A stretch of DNA of 64,000 nt. It comes from a virus. Each line of letters begins with the position of its first letter. Position 1 is the first letter of the stretch. The stretch spans positions 2,382-66,381 of the IMG/VR virus record IMGVR_UViG_3300045988_133913, one strand, 5' to 3'. Made by a program: the position numbers and the translations under genes. Under the pieces are notes generated by a model, which was not told the origin of the DNA, did not search any database, and saw only the letters and a list, made by a program, of their open reading frames with translations. Shown here piece after piece: positions 17,001-22,283 of the stretch.

Positions 17001-18762
17001 GCGGATAAGCATTATGATTGCCCGCCCGGTCAAGGACAAAAACGGTGACCTCATCAACCGCTGGACGCTTGCCAAGACCTACGCATCGCACCTCGCGCGT
17101 CTCGCTTCCAGTCTGGAGGCGCAGAACGAAATTATGCGCTACCTCTCCACAGGCGAGCTGGTGACAGAACTTCAGCGCACGCTGGATGAAGCCGTCGGGG
17201 AAGGTGCAATAAACCTGATGACGACCCAGACGGACAAGCACTCCGTGATGAGCGACCTGCGCAAGTCCGACCTTGACCGCCTGCTGGATACCACCTCAAG
17301 GATGCTTGGCACGACGGCAAACAAACTGGGTGTCGGTCAGGGCAAGGCATGGCTAGGGGATATTGCCGAATACTACGTGCAGCGCATGACGGAAGTGCCG
17401 CAGGTAACGACGGCGCTGGCGTCTTATCTGGCGTACCGCGAACTTGGCGTGAACAAGCACGAGCGCGCCAACCGGGTGCGCGACCAGTATGACCCGACCC
17501 GCACCCGCAGCGAGATTGTGCGCGGGCTATCTACCATGTACCCATTCGTGCGTTCCACCTTCTCCGGTCACTACAACCTGATGCGGACGCTGAGTGAATA
17601 CTGGAATCCCGGCGAGCGTGGCTTCACCACCCTGTACCTCGCTGGCGGCACTGCTGCCATGATGGCAATCCTTGCCCTCGCCGCAGGCGCTATCGGCGAC
17701 GACGATGACGGTGTGCCGCTGGTTGCCCGTATGCCCATCGGTACACTCATGAACGGCATCCCCATCCGCACGCCGGATGGTGGTGTCTGGAGTGCGCCTG
17801 TAGGCTTCGGGATGCCCAAGCTGATGTGGGGGACGGCGGTCAACCTTTACCGCCTCGCCTACGGCGAACAGAGTGCTTCTGACATGAGCCGCTCCATGCT
17901 AGGACTGGTGATGGACAACACCTCACCTGTGCAGGTGGCAAGCGGCGCGGCGTTCGACCGCGATGTGGGCGCGGGCGCGGCGCTTAGTTTCGCCCCGCTG
18001 CTGGCTGTGCCGTTTGTCGAGATGATGACAAACACGAAGGCATACACCGGGCAGAAAATTTACAACCGCGAAACGCCCAGAGGCGAACGTGATGCCGACC
18101 AAGGTGGGTTCAACATACCGGAAGCCTACAAGGACACCGCACAGACTCTCACCGGCATGGGTATCGACGTGCGCCCGGAAACGCTCAAGCACCTGCTGGA
18201 AACATTCAGCTATGGTCCGCTCAAAGCGATACCGACCTCCCTGCTGGCGGACAAGTCCGAGAAGTACCTCGGCAACCGCGAGACGAAAGGGGAAGCCGCA
18301 GGCGCGCTTGTTACCGCTATCGGGATGGACATGGCGTGGTCGCCACACGCGCTGGACGACGAGGCGCGGGTGTACCAGATGCTCGACGATATTTACCCTA
18401 TCTTGGGGAGATACGGCATTACCGAAATCTCGCACGACAAGAGCGAATACAAGCGCTTCGGTATCGAGGGGCGGGAGAACCGCAAGGCACGTCTGCTATA
18501 CGCCAAGATGGTCGCCGCTGGCGCACCAGAGTGGGAAGCGTCCTTTGTCCGCGACGCGGTTATGCACAAGACCTCGCGCCAGAAAGCCATCAAGGAGTTC
18601 CAAGCAGGGTCGGAAGCCTACCTGAAAGCGAAGGCTAACGGGGAGGAAAACGAACAACTGCGTGCAGCCCTTGAAAACCAATGGAATGCCATCGAAAATA
18701 GCGACCAGAATTTCCTACGCCAATACAACGAAGACGCCTATGAGATGCAAGACGACTACTAG
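8068..18762 (+). CDS. giant (3564 aa) virion-associated multidomain protein
   Basis: A single 10.7-kb uninterrupted ORF whose ATG is 2 nt after the upstream stop. It has an N-terminal coiled-coil and Gly/Ala-rich segments, a P/A/G/Q low-complexity linker, an acidic block, an internal hydrophobic segment and an L,D-transpeptidase-like segment. Its size class matches N4 gp50 or Bcep22 gp75. No T7-like RNAP motifs were recognised by eye. Confidence 0.85.
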   Translation: MAKNNSLETPLSMPKLPDLDQDLFGAGAGAIFNQSDDLLNPKAVAPLGAQQGKLSPAAQALASAQREQNDLLNYATEQQAKIQQQEARQQAAFDRQQAAQRRETDAAIRQYQRDKKEREKALKEKAKEQGGVLGAGADGSFVLKPMVETILADKNWKDIKSSFQREDEAQGWLKEKAVQLKEQGIPEDLINNELRVAGALFKQDTDAYTKQRSEDRADPLDAVSWLGKAGRNLYKGTVLWLSPVWNKTIGKTGLTFDTEEFVREQNDAINSIDSTLSDKIHFAQENNEYLTQKRRAQGKDGLVAGFTGGIADMWKADNMLYTMLDSAAYIPYSAAVGASAGAFASRVGAATRLTPAIEGITARVNAAAAAPGASLATRIGAKAASHLLSSEVAGGMATTGFFAATDAAGGAYDAVYNQDEDTFRQTYIKANGEENWNNLVQYYGSAGKARAALAEQAAVSAGNSAFINTALLGAAGLETTLLKANKFGLQTFAGKRLATAGANSVSELLEEGLTQYSQNVGAQPATGVDLLEGVPEAAAIGFVAGGSMAGGTQVLGALGKGVKNYVAPEFDAARLDPTQYVHQNQLDYDSYRQVVGREMDNIARTGRRAKWHETDIGSAQQMAYDTIIDDPSKWESFTPDQRAQMQEYLKQAYNINTNPYAQVERQTLTDIWENGDTHVLNAWLQSEEKGIGEDIRNAFRVKHGVELENVPDGVRAYSEALANAIDYQIAAPVLRDTNEQWKAMRDYVKTQVETNPTLTREQQKGIDAILANYLDAGRRRLTDEQVAAAQSQPTGQPNEPANTGAGQGAPTENTQPVAGESGAAPAAGAGSTGGETQSVGQPDAAPAGGVNPQGAGVDNAQQGNQPGGGTDAPAQTVQPAGGAAQAPASGAQPGVTAPVGNAGQTAAGQRAAGQTSATGQPAQPINPGAAPQAGSSGGVGAATPERNPNGGSNQAATQAVGVTGAYSPQADLRDASHAWAQLSKAQKSALAKIGISTPAQLLDILKNDDTVAEAGQRLARTGRVRSMTMKSVQDALKAARDYITSPEWVFNKLTQDQLGLSANEASIPAAVAALQASDEITARKISQLAKGAAEIYGLEDASKEDKIAYAAKLLLDIAQLAKTSPQLLDVAMRLKGAPESWFQDDVDKLLKNDIWATLQSAPGIFEQAGVDFSQSRPNVTQSQQNLWSARAVLFTLKQNIKAGDARSKAVQAGLDKAAKRITDMGGEKGRLSLLFSMLEADSRGEDLTGFLENYYIGSRASADAIAGVIRAYQDAKTYMASPDFQNSLRADNWLRQADKSVYVQAIRDYVRNNYAAFNQMLIQDAEVASGKSARTRVAGTNFETQAVNTDILADVLADVVHNTARLGREYAGEIARSYAGRDENGNRVIKPSAVKRFLEQADTIAANLRQQYLDGKLAQQSTQPEDESEQLVQQGDDLSRLMEEFNAGQQPDADAVMGDLDDAVRGIPAQPRNGEKQIKNGGFDSPEAAEDALSPELFQHPETVEELDTLLRSIAETTGLDPLLVGEYIAREWLSQSEEDYADASTDELLDMVYDAANDIWIYVGEQNATQQIADTKRLEGPRSITADGRRITRQSQDPTGSLARALQPNLSGGAYAQLARPSQPAPVRLAIAPVEEIVAEFGGQEFSLAEIIENTENQRGDRSPTLGELAPEDNNAPRPVIELTVNGVKHRGRLFRWRDRKNGRNRRHVVFVHDGDAFGMRGWDDKWIDFGNAVTRKRVDSINQNDGIRIEVLADQSENQEQTNDKTEKRTQRTGRSETEDENNSGIVGDVRDADVAARGSDNTDARADESEQDEGSGQSDESERGSGAAEGRLETPAPVDVPQGLDYTPEQVAEIDPASLTADERAALNRQDDTSEFIANALYDIEGALEDFGGEDSAALRSGLAKMAALLADPAAPRRATPTTVTEQAAGRKEVADIITDEERDILDAYLEDVGNTEQSAEEFAEEAIADNQFEDSSLPKKVRAVLERIWNALRNGMAAVSMALAVHLGSSMVVSQPAEAANLTPQAGEVVMSSAAKASLDHIIDTADNGGRPFVIADKKAGKLYLMNAEGKVVDTTPALFGKTPSDAAKTAGATGAGKYDLTYNRDTRLPSGYAGSVQSFDTGANGEQFAIHRVIDVKGQNRQSRLDSKTVRDNRITLGCINVPAEFYDAHLDNELGAVLYVLPETANWGGDLYGKTPRQSAQPTPQAVKIATEGTSLTPEQLLAATRSQADNLIANVRGNMDNASYQPVQVTPEQLQAATEAGRKVTTQPVQAQAPIQIAGVQPSTQTAYISPVMVNGVSANTLVVPFEAHTPAEMQANGVFDTQPVGNKTESGDSLYTIASWLAAAFAAGKVNSRRKKRLESRKKANEERLARIEAKNNPELKSEPEDTSVVPDEAEVETAVADNHDVQAAFAKQAGTHNPQTPLSQAVAQAVRQQNVLENKADWIHAFAMRYSSDEAQYQQLLATMGNFEYNLGGVLTDRSYTQSGDFRDRRRWRGDQTDASRVGMLQAFMRFAGGATVAFDNLLHRVGSAAFGHEADSAIASKMLSQVRAKSSGAYAQLHKTLIHPLVMQTATLASQMRRGHGEIEIDTGRTATLNHILNEGAEQMWKGAELEIAKMKLDLQEVEAQIRSTAAGSQIQQTWTSKQLQLLKDIEAAQTLLDRQRDMYYGREEWDGTTDLPGGYTEAQAKTELQALKDKYGEDFAKIEAHSKELVQTIQGIRNFAAAAGVVTNDQLAMYNEMGFKEYVPLYSPQEDVSKTDESISIMQTSRMDRLLEGIPLAQAKSMGLTRDLSRFKRKGATSPAEDAYTNMKVYAMNTAGRVGQQGWLQAVQQLYEGTIGKPYSVAGNLGEETLKELNSQPEGKLPGLIRVRPGMEDYLPAHLQTAIAAPGGRIRAIRAKGYNSAGELVDYHYYFTDKAIQQEVYYTSDTSESFMMRIGRNAGTITRFAARMMTTFRPVWNVYNWVRDSIERISIMIARPVKDKNGDLINRWTLAKTYASHLARLASSLEAQNEIMRYLSTGELVTELQRTLDEAVGEGAINLMTTQTDKHSVMSDLRKSDLDRLLDTTSRMLGTTANKLGVGQGKAWLGDIAEYYVQRMTEVPQVTTALASYLAYRELGVNKHERANRVRDQYDPTRTRSEIVRGLSTMYPFVRSTFSGHYNLMRTLSEYWNPGERGFTTLYLAGGTAAMMAILALAAGAIGDDDDGVPLVARMPIGTLMNGIPIRTPDGGVWSAPVGFGMPKLMWGTAVNLYRLAYGEQSASDMSRSMLGLVMDNTSPVQVASGAAFDRDVGAGAALSFAPLLAVPFVEMMTNTKAYTGQKIYNRETPRGERDADQGGFNIPEAYKDTAQTLTGMGIDVRPETLKHLLETFSYGPLKAIPTSLLADKSEKYLGNRETKGEAAGALVTAIGMDMAWSPHALDDEARVYQMLDDIYPILGRYGITEISHDKSEYKRFGIEGRENRKARLLYAKMVAAGAPEWEASFVRDAVMHKTSRQKAIKEFQAGSEAYLKAKANGEENEQLRAALENQWNAIENSDQNFLRQYNEDAYEMQDDY
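10440..10950 (+). repeat. low-complexity Pro/Ala/Gly/Gln-rich linker-coding region inside the giant gene
   Basis: Translation is TGQPNEPANTGAGQGAPTENTQPVAGESGAAPAAGAG...QAGSSGGVGAA. This produces long shadow ORFs in other frames. Confidence 0.6.
14050..14650 (+). other. internal hydrophobic segment plus L,D-transpeptidase-like (YkuD-like) domain within the giant protein
   Basis: MAAVSMALAVHLGSSMVVSQPAEAANL is a TM/signal-like stretch. It is followed by FVIADKKAGKLYLMNAEGKVV...FAIHRV...ITLGCINVP, which resembles the His/Cys catalytic motif (H...S.GCIRM) of L,D-transpeptidases. Confidence 0.4.
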
Positions 18763-18763
18763 A

Positions 18764-19249
18764 ATGAGCCGCTGCCGCCGACCGCTCATCGAAATCTGCC
18801 CGGCGACCAGCCAGATAAAACTTGACCTCGCGTCCTGCGGCGTCTGTACGGCTGTCCCTGCGCTTCTTCTGCGCAGGGGAGGGTGTGTGGAGCGGGAGCT
18901 GGTTTGCGAGCCTGTAAAACCCGCTGAGTGCGGTTGCTGTCCATCGCTTCCACCCCGTCCGCGATGGGTGGATAAACCGCAACCGTCGGTGATTTACCCG
19001 CTACACGACATCGACTGCGACGGGATGTATGTGTTCGTGCTGGACGACATGATGAAAGAGCTAGGGCTTGGGCGGCTGGAAGCGGTCGTGCTGGTCGAAG
19101 ATGACGGCACGTACCCCGCCGAGCGCCACCACACGAGTGAGAAGAACTACGTCGAGACGGCTATCCGCTTCGACGTGGACTACCTGCCCTACCAGATGCC
19201 GCTGCGTGGCATCGACACGTCCAACCTTGCCGCTACGAGGGGGTGCTGA
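18764..19249 (+). CDS. small Cys-rich protein
   Basis: ATG 18764 is 2 nt after the giant-gene stop, and the track ORF from 18662 is trimmed accordingly. The N-terminus has about 10 Cys in 60 aa (CRRPLIEICP...CGVC...CVERELVCEP...ECGCCPS). Confidence 0.5.
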   Translation: MSRCRRPLIEICPATSQIKLDLASCGVCTAVPALLLRRGGCVERELVCEPVKPAECGCCPSLPPRPRWVDKPQPSVIYPLHDIDCDGMYVFVLDDMMKELGLGRLEAVVLVEDDGTYPAERHHTSEKNYVETAIRFDVDYLPYQMPLRGIDTSNLAATRGC

Positions 19250-19587
19250 TGTATATTCCGCTTTTTGGTTTCCAGACGCACCTGCGCGAAGGACTGCCCA
19301 TCGACGGTCGCCACCTGCCGATACCGGAGACGGCGTACCAGCACCTGCTCTCGCGGCTAGACGACGGCGACTGGTCGTATCTGGAGCTGCGCGAGGGGCG
19401 TGTCAGCGAGATTGTGCGCGTGCATAACGTGTGCGGTAAACTGGTTATCGACCGGGGTGTGGAGTGTACCGCCCCGCGCTGCCAGCGCTGTGGCATCGGC
19501 GTGTTTTTCGTAATGACCGCACAGGGTGTCCGTGATGCCGTCTGCCAGATGACCGACAAAGATTGTGAAAAAGGAGACTGCCCGTGA
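19249..19587 (+). CDS. small Cys-containing protein, tandem paralog a
   Basis: ATG 19249 overlaps the upstream TGA (TGATG). The C-terminal ...GVRDAVCQMTDKDCEKGDCP is paralogous to the next gene. Confidence 0.55.
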   Translation: MYIPLFGFQTHLREGLPIDGRHLPIPETAYQHLLSRLDDGDWSYLELREGRVSEIVRVHNVCGKLVIDRGVECTAPRCQRCGIGVFFVMTAQGVRDAVCQMTDKDCEKGDCP

Positions 19588-19907
19588 GATACGTCCAATT
19601 CGCCGGGTTTAACTCGAATACCACCGACAAGCTGCTCGATACCGACCTCGACTTGCCTGTGTACGAGCAGCACCTCGCCCTGCTGCGCAAGCGCCTCTCT
19701 GCCGACGGCGACTACACCTACCTCGTGCTGTTTGATGGCACGCAGACAGAAGTAGTGCAGCTAACTAACCACGGCGGGGCGCTCAAACTCACCCGCGCGC
19801 TGGAAGATACCCCCGCGCAATCGTTCCCTACCGGAACGTGCGTGCGGTGGGAACTTACCCCGGCAGCGGTACGCGATATTGTCTGCCAGATGGAGTGCTG
19901 CCCATGA
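19584..19907 (+). CDS. small Cys-containing protein, tandem paralog b
   Basis: GTG 19584 with an AAGGAG SD 7 nt upstream and a GTGA overlap. Ends ...AAVRDIVCQMECCP. It aligns along its whole length with the previous gene. Confidence 0.5.
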   Translation: MRYVQFAGFNSNTTDKLLDTDLDLPVYEQHLALLRKRLSADGDYTYLVLFDGTQTEVVQLTNHGGALKLTRALEDTPAQSFPTGTCVRWELTPAAVRDIVCQMECCP

Positions 19908-20332
19908 GCGCTGTATTAGTAAAATTCGTCAGTTGTGTGCTGCTTCTGGTGTTCGGCATCATGTTCGGGTTCGACCTCGTGCCGCCGTATTATCGTGTCG
20001 GCACGGCTGATGCTAATTCATGGGCAGTCGCCCTGATGACGCTGTGCCTTGCGCAATCCGCTATGACGCTACTTGCCATGAGGGACTGCATCCGCTGCCG
20101 GGTGTGGAGCGATTTTCTCCTCCAAATTACCGGGCTGGTGTTTATAATCCTCGGCGGCGCGTTTGTAACCAAATATCCACCGTTCACATGGGCGATGTGG
20201 CTATTCCCCTTGCTAGGGTTACTGTGCCTGACGACCGGGCGGGAGTTCAGCAGATACTCCAGAAACAAATTGCAACCGCCCTCCATCCGGTCTGGAGGTG
20301 CTGACCGGATGGAACTGCATGACCGAACTTAA
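19904..20332 (+). CDS. 4-TMD membrane protein (holin/antiholin-class candidate)
   Basis: ATGA overlap at 19904. Four hydrophobic helices are predicted. It sits immediately upstream of the holin-like gene and spanin. Confidence 0.5.
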   Translation: MSAVLVKFVSCVLLLVFGIMFGFDLVPPYYRVGTADANSWAVALMTLCLAQSAMTLLAMRDCIRCRVWSDFLLQITGLVFIILGGAFVTKYPPFTWAMWLFPLLGLLCLTTGREFSRYSRNKLQPPSIRSGGADRMELHDRT

Positions 20333-20681
20333 TGGAATCCACACGAACTTAGCGGCAGGCGTCGGTTTTGCTTTCTTCGCGGTGCTGGTCGGCACGCGCT
20401 GGAGTGAAATTGGTCTGCGGGACTATATAATCATCATGGTGCTGGCGCTTCTTTCCACGGCTTTTGCCATCGAGCGCTGGTTTTCTGACGGCACAGTCGT
20501 TACCTGTTCCCTCATTGGGTTCGGTATCGGCTATCTGGCAGACGACGTGTATATCAACATCAACGCGACGCTGCCGGATGTGATTAAAGGTATTATCGGG
20601 GACGGCACAGAATGGCTGCACAACAAGGTGCGGCAGGTGTTGGGGCTTGCCCCGAAAGACGATGACGAGGAGGACGAATGA
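20319..20681 (+). CDS. holin candidate (3 TMD, charged C-terminus)
   Basis: MTELNG... with three hydrophobic segments and a DDDEEDE tail. The start is uncertain: either ATG 20319 or GTG 20298 as in the track. An ATGA overlap links it to the next gene. Confidence 0.5.
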   Translation: MTELNGIHTNLAAGVGFAFFAVLVGTRWSEIGLRDYIIIMVLALLSTAFAIERWFSDGTVVTCSLIGFGIGYLADDVYININATLPDVIKGIIGDGTEWLHNKVRQVLGLAPKDDDEEDE

Positions 20682-21025
20682 ACTACAAACCCTATATTTA
20701 CGCCGCTGCCTGCCTGTTCATGCTCTGGTGTGGCTATGATGCTGGCAAAACCGTGGGTCGGCAGGATATGCAGAAAGAAGTCCACGCGGCAAAGCTGGAA
20801 GTGGACAACATGAAGCGCCGGGCGCAGGAGATGGCAGACAACCACGCGAAGCAGATGAGTGCCGCCAGCAAGATGTATCAGGAAGTACGTGCAGAAGCCG
20901 AAGCTAAACAGAAAGAAAGGATTGTAAAAGTGCGGGAGATTGTGGAGAAGCCCGTGTACCGTAGCGACTGCATCGACAAATCAGGGTTGGATGAAATCAA
21001 CAAGGTAATTGGAGGAAGCAAATGA
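20678..21025 (+). CDS. i-spanin (Rz-like)
   Basis: N-terminal TMD (YIYAAACLFMLWCGY) followed by a charged coiled-coil periplasmic domain, 115 aa. It is in lysis-cassette context. Confidence 0.6.
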   Translation: MNYKPYIYAAACLFMLWCGYDAGKTVGRQDMQKEVHAAKLEVDNMKRRAQEMADNHAKQMSAASKMYQEVRAEAEAKQKERIVKVREIVEKPVYRSDCIDKSGLDEINKVIGGSK

Positions 21026-21546
21026 ACGAACTCGACTGGATTGCCGAAGGGCGCAAACTCATCGGCGTGGAAGAAAACGCCAACACCTCTAAGGTCGTCG
21101 CCATGTGGCGCGATGGCTTCGAGGCGTCGGGACAAGCCGGGCGGATGAAAGAGTCCGTGTGGAATACTGGCAGCACGCCGTGGTGCGGAGGCTTCGTCGC
21201 CGCCTGCCTCGCCCGTGCAGGTCTGGGCAAGCACGTGCCGAAAGACTTTCCGCTTGCGCGTGCATGGGCTAAGGTAGGCACACCGCTCTCTAAGCCCGCG
21301 TATGGCTGCGTGGTCGTCTTTACACGCGACGGTGGGGGTCACGTTGGCTTTGTCGTCGGTAAGGACACTAAGGGCAACCTGATGGTGCTAGGCGGCAATC
21401 AGGGCAACCACGTCTGCATCAAACCGTTCAGCAAAGCGCGCGTGCTGGCGTATCGCTGGTGCGGGCAGACAGGCGCACCTGCACAGGGTCGGTACGACCT
21501 ACCGCTACTGTCGTCGGATGGCAAGGTGAGTACGAATGAAGCGTAG
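21022..21546 (+). CDS. endolysin, Cys/His (NlpC-P60/CHAP-like) peptidoglycan hydrolase
   Basis: STPWCGGFVAACL with a Cys and GGHVGFVVG with a His are typical of a Cys-His papain-fold cell-wall hydrolase. ATGA overlap with the spanin. No signal or SAR segment. Confidence 0.55.
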   Translation: MNELDWIAEGRKLIGVEENANTSKVVAMWRDGFEASGQAGRMKESVWNTGSTPWCGGFVAACLARAGLGKHVPKDFPLARAWAKVGTPLSKPAYGCVVVFTRDGGGHVGFVVGKDTKGNLMVLGGNQGNHVCIKPFSKARVLAYRWCGQTGAPAQGRYDLPLLSSDGKVSTNEA

Positions 21547-21638
21547 TGCTCAGTTATATAAATAATTTATTGTGCAGCAGGCCATAACCGGCCCTCCGTG
21601 TTCGTAAGTTATTGATTTGTGTAGATGGGTAAAATTCC

Positions 21639-21926
21639 ATGTTTACTAAACTATTGATTTATAAATATACTTTCATCAGGCCGCTGGCGGCCCTACTGCT
21701 AACTGCCTGCACCCGCGTTACCGTCCCGTATCTCGCGCATGAACCGCCTGCTGACCTAACGCAGCCCTGCCCTGCACTGCAACCGCTGGCGGGCATGACG
21801 GGCAAAGACATGACGCTGTGGATAATCACCGCTGCCAACCAGTATCACGACTGTGCTGCCCGCCACGCCGGGCTGGTGCAGGCAACCCGCATCGAGGGGT
21901 CTGTCACGCGGTATGAGTGGCGCTGA
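21639..21926 (+). CDS. o-spanin (Rz1-like outer-membrane lipoprotein)
   Basis: Signal peptide with an LLTAC lipobox, then a short Pro-rich mature peptide with three Cys. It is separated from the i-spanin by the endolysin gene and a low-GC spacer. Confidence 0.5.
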   Translation: MFTKLLIYKYTFIRPLAALLLTACTRVTVPYLAHEPPADLTQPCPALQPLAGMTGKDMTLWIITAANQYHDCAARHAGLVQATRIEGSVTRYEWR

Positions 21927-21949
21927 CCCATTTGTGACCCACAATCAAC

Positions 21950-21984
21950 AAAAAATGAGCCACAAACGAATTTGTGGCTCATTT
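21950..21984. terminator. bidirectional rho-independent terminator between the convergent late (+) and early/middle (-) arms
   Basis: aaaaaat GAGCCACAAA cgaa TTTGTGGCTC attt. This is a 10-bp perfect stem with T/A tracts on both sides. Confidence 0.65.
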
Positions 21985-22001
21985 AGTCTGCACAAGTGCG
22001 A

Positions 22002-22283
22002 TTAGAGGATGGAGACGTTCAGATTTTCTGACGGCTTGAAATGGATATAGGTCTTTGCAGGGATGGTAATCGGCTCACCATTCTGCGGGTTTTTGCCTTT
22101 GCGCTCGGCACGGGTTTTCTTCTGGAATGAACCCACATCGCGGATTTCTACACGCCCGCCTGCACGGAGGGTTTCTACGACGTGCGACCACATGGCGTCC
22201 AGAGCCTTGCGCGCGCTGTCTTGGGTGATGCCTGCGTCTTTAGCGACGGCTGCAATCAGTTTTACTTTGCTAAGATTACTCAT
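22002..22283 (-). CDS. HU/IHF-family histone-like DNA-binding protein
   Basis: A 93-aa protein matching the HU signature (SK..LIAAVA...AGITQDSARKALDAM...RAGGRVEIRDVGSFQKKTRAERKGKNPQNGEPITIPAK). Confidence 0.65.
   Translation of the reverse strand: MSNLSKVKLIAAVAKDAGITQDSARKALDAMWSHVVETLRAGGRVEIRDVGSFQKKTRAERKGKNPQNGEPITIPAKTYIHFKPSENLNVSIL

Noticed and set aside
13606-17241. Numerous 60-280-aa ORFs on the - strand within 8068-18762 (e.g. 14848-15693, 16648-17241)
   Set aside because: They lie entirely inside the uninterrupted giant + strand ORF, in a high-GC context with Arg/Ala-rich translations typical of antisense shadow frames.
8068-18762. Calling the giant protein an N4-type virion RNA polymerase outright
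   Set aside because: Size fits, but no convincing T7-like RNAP motifs were seen by eye. No RNAPII-subunit-like early genes. Gene order differs from N4. Left as an open question.
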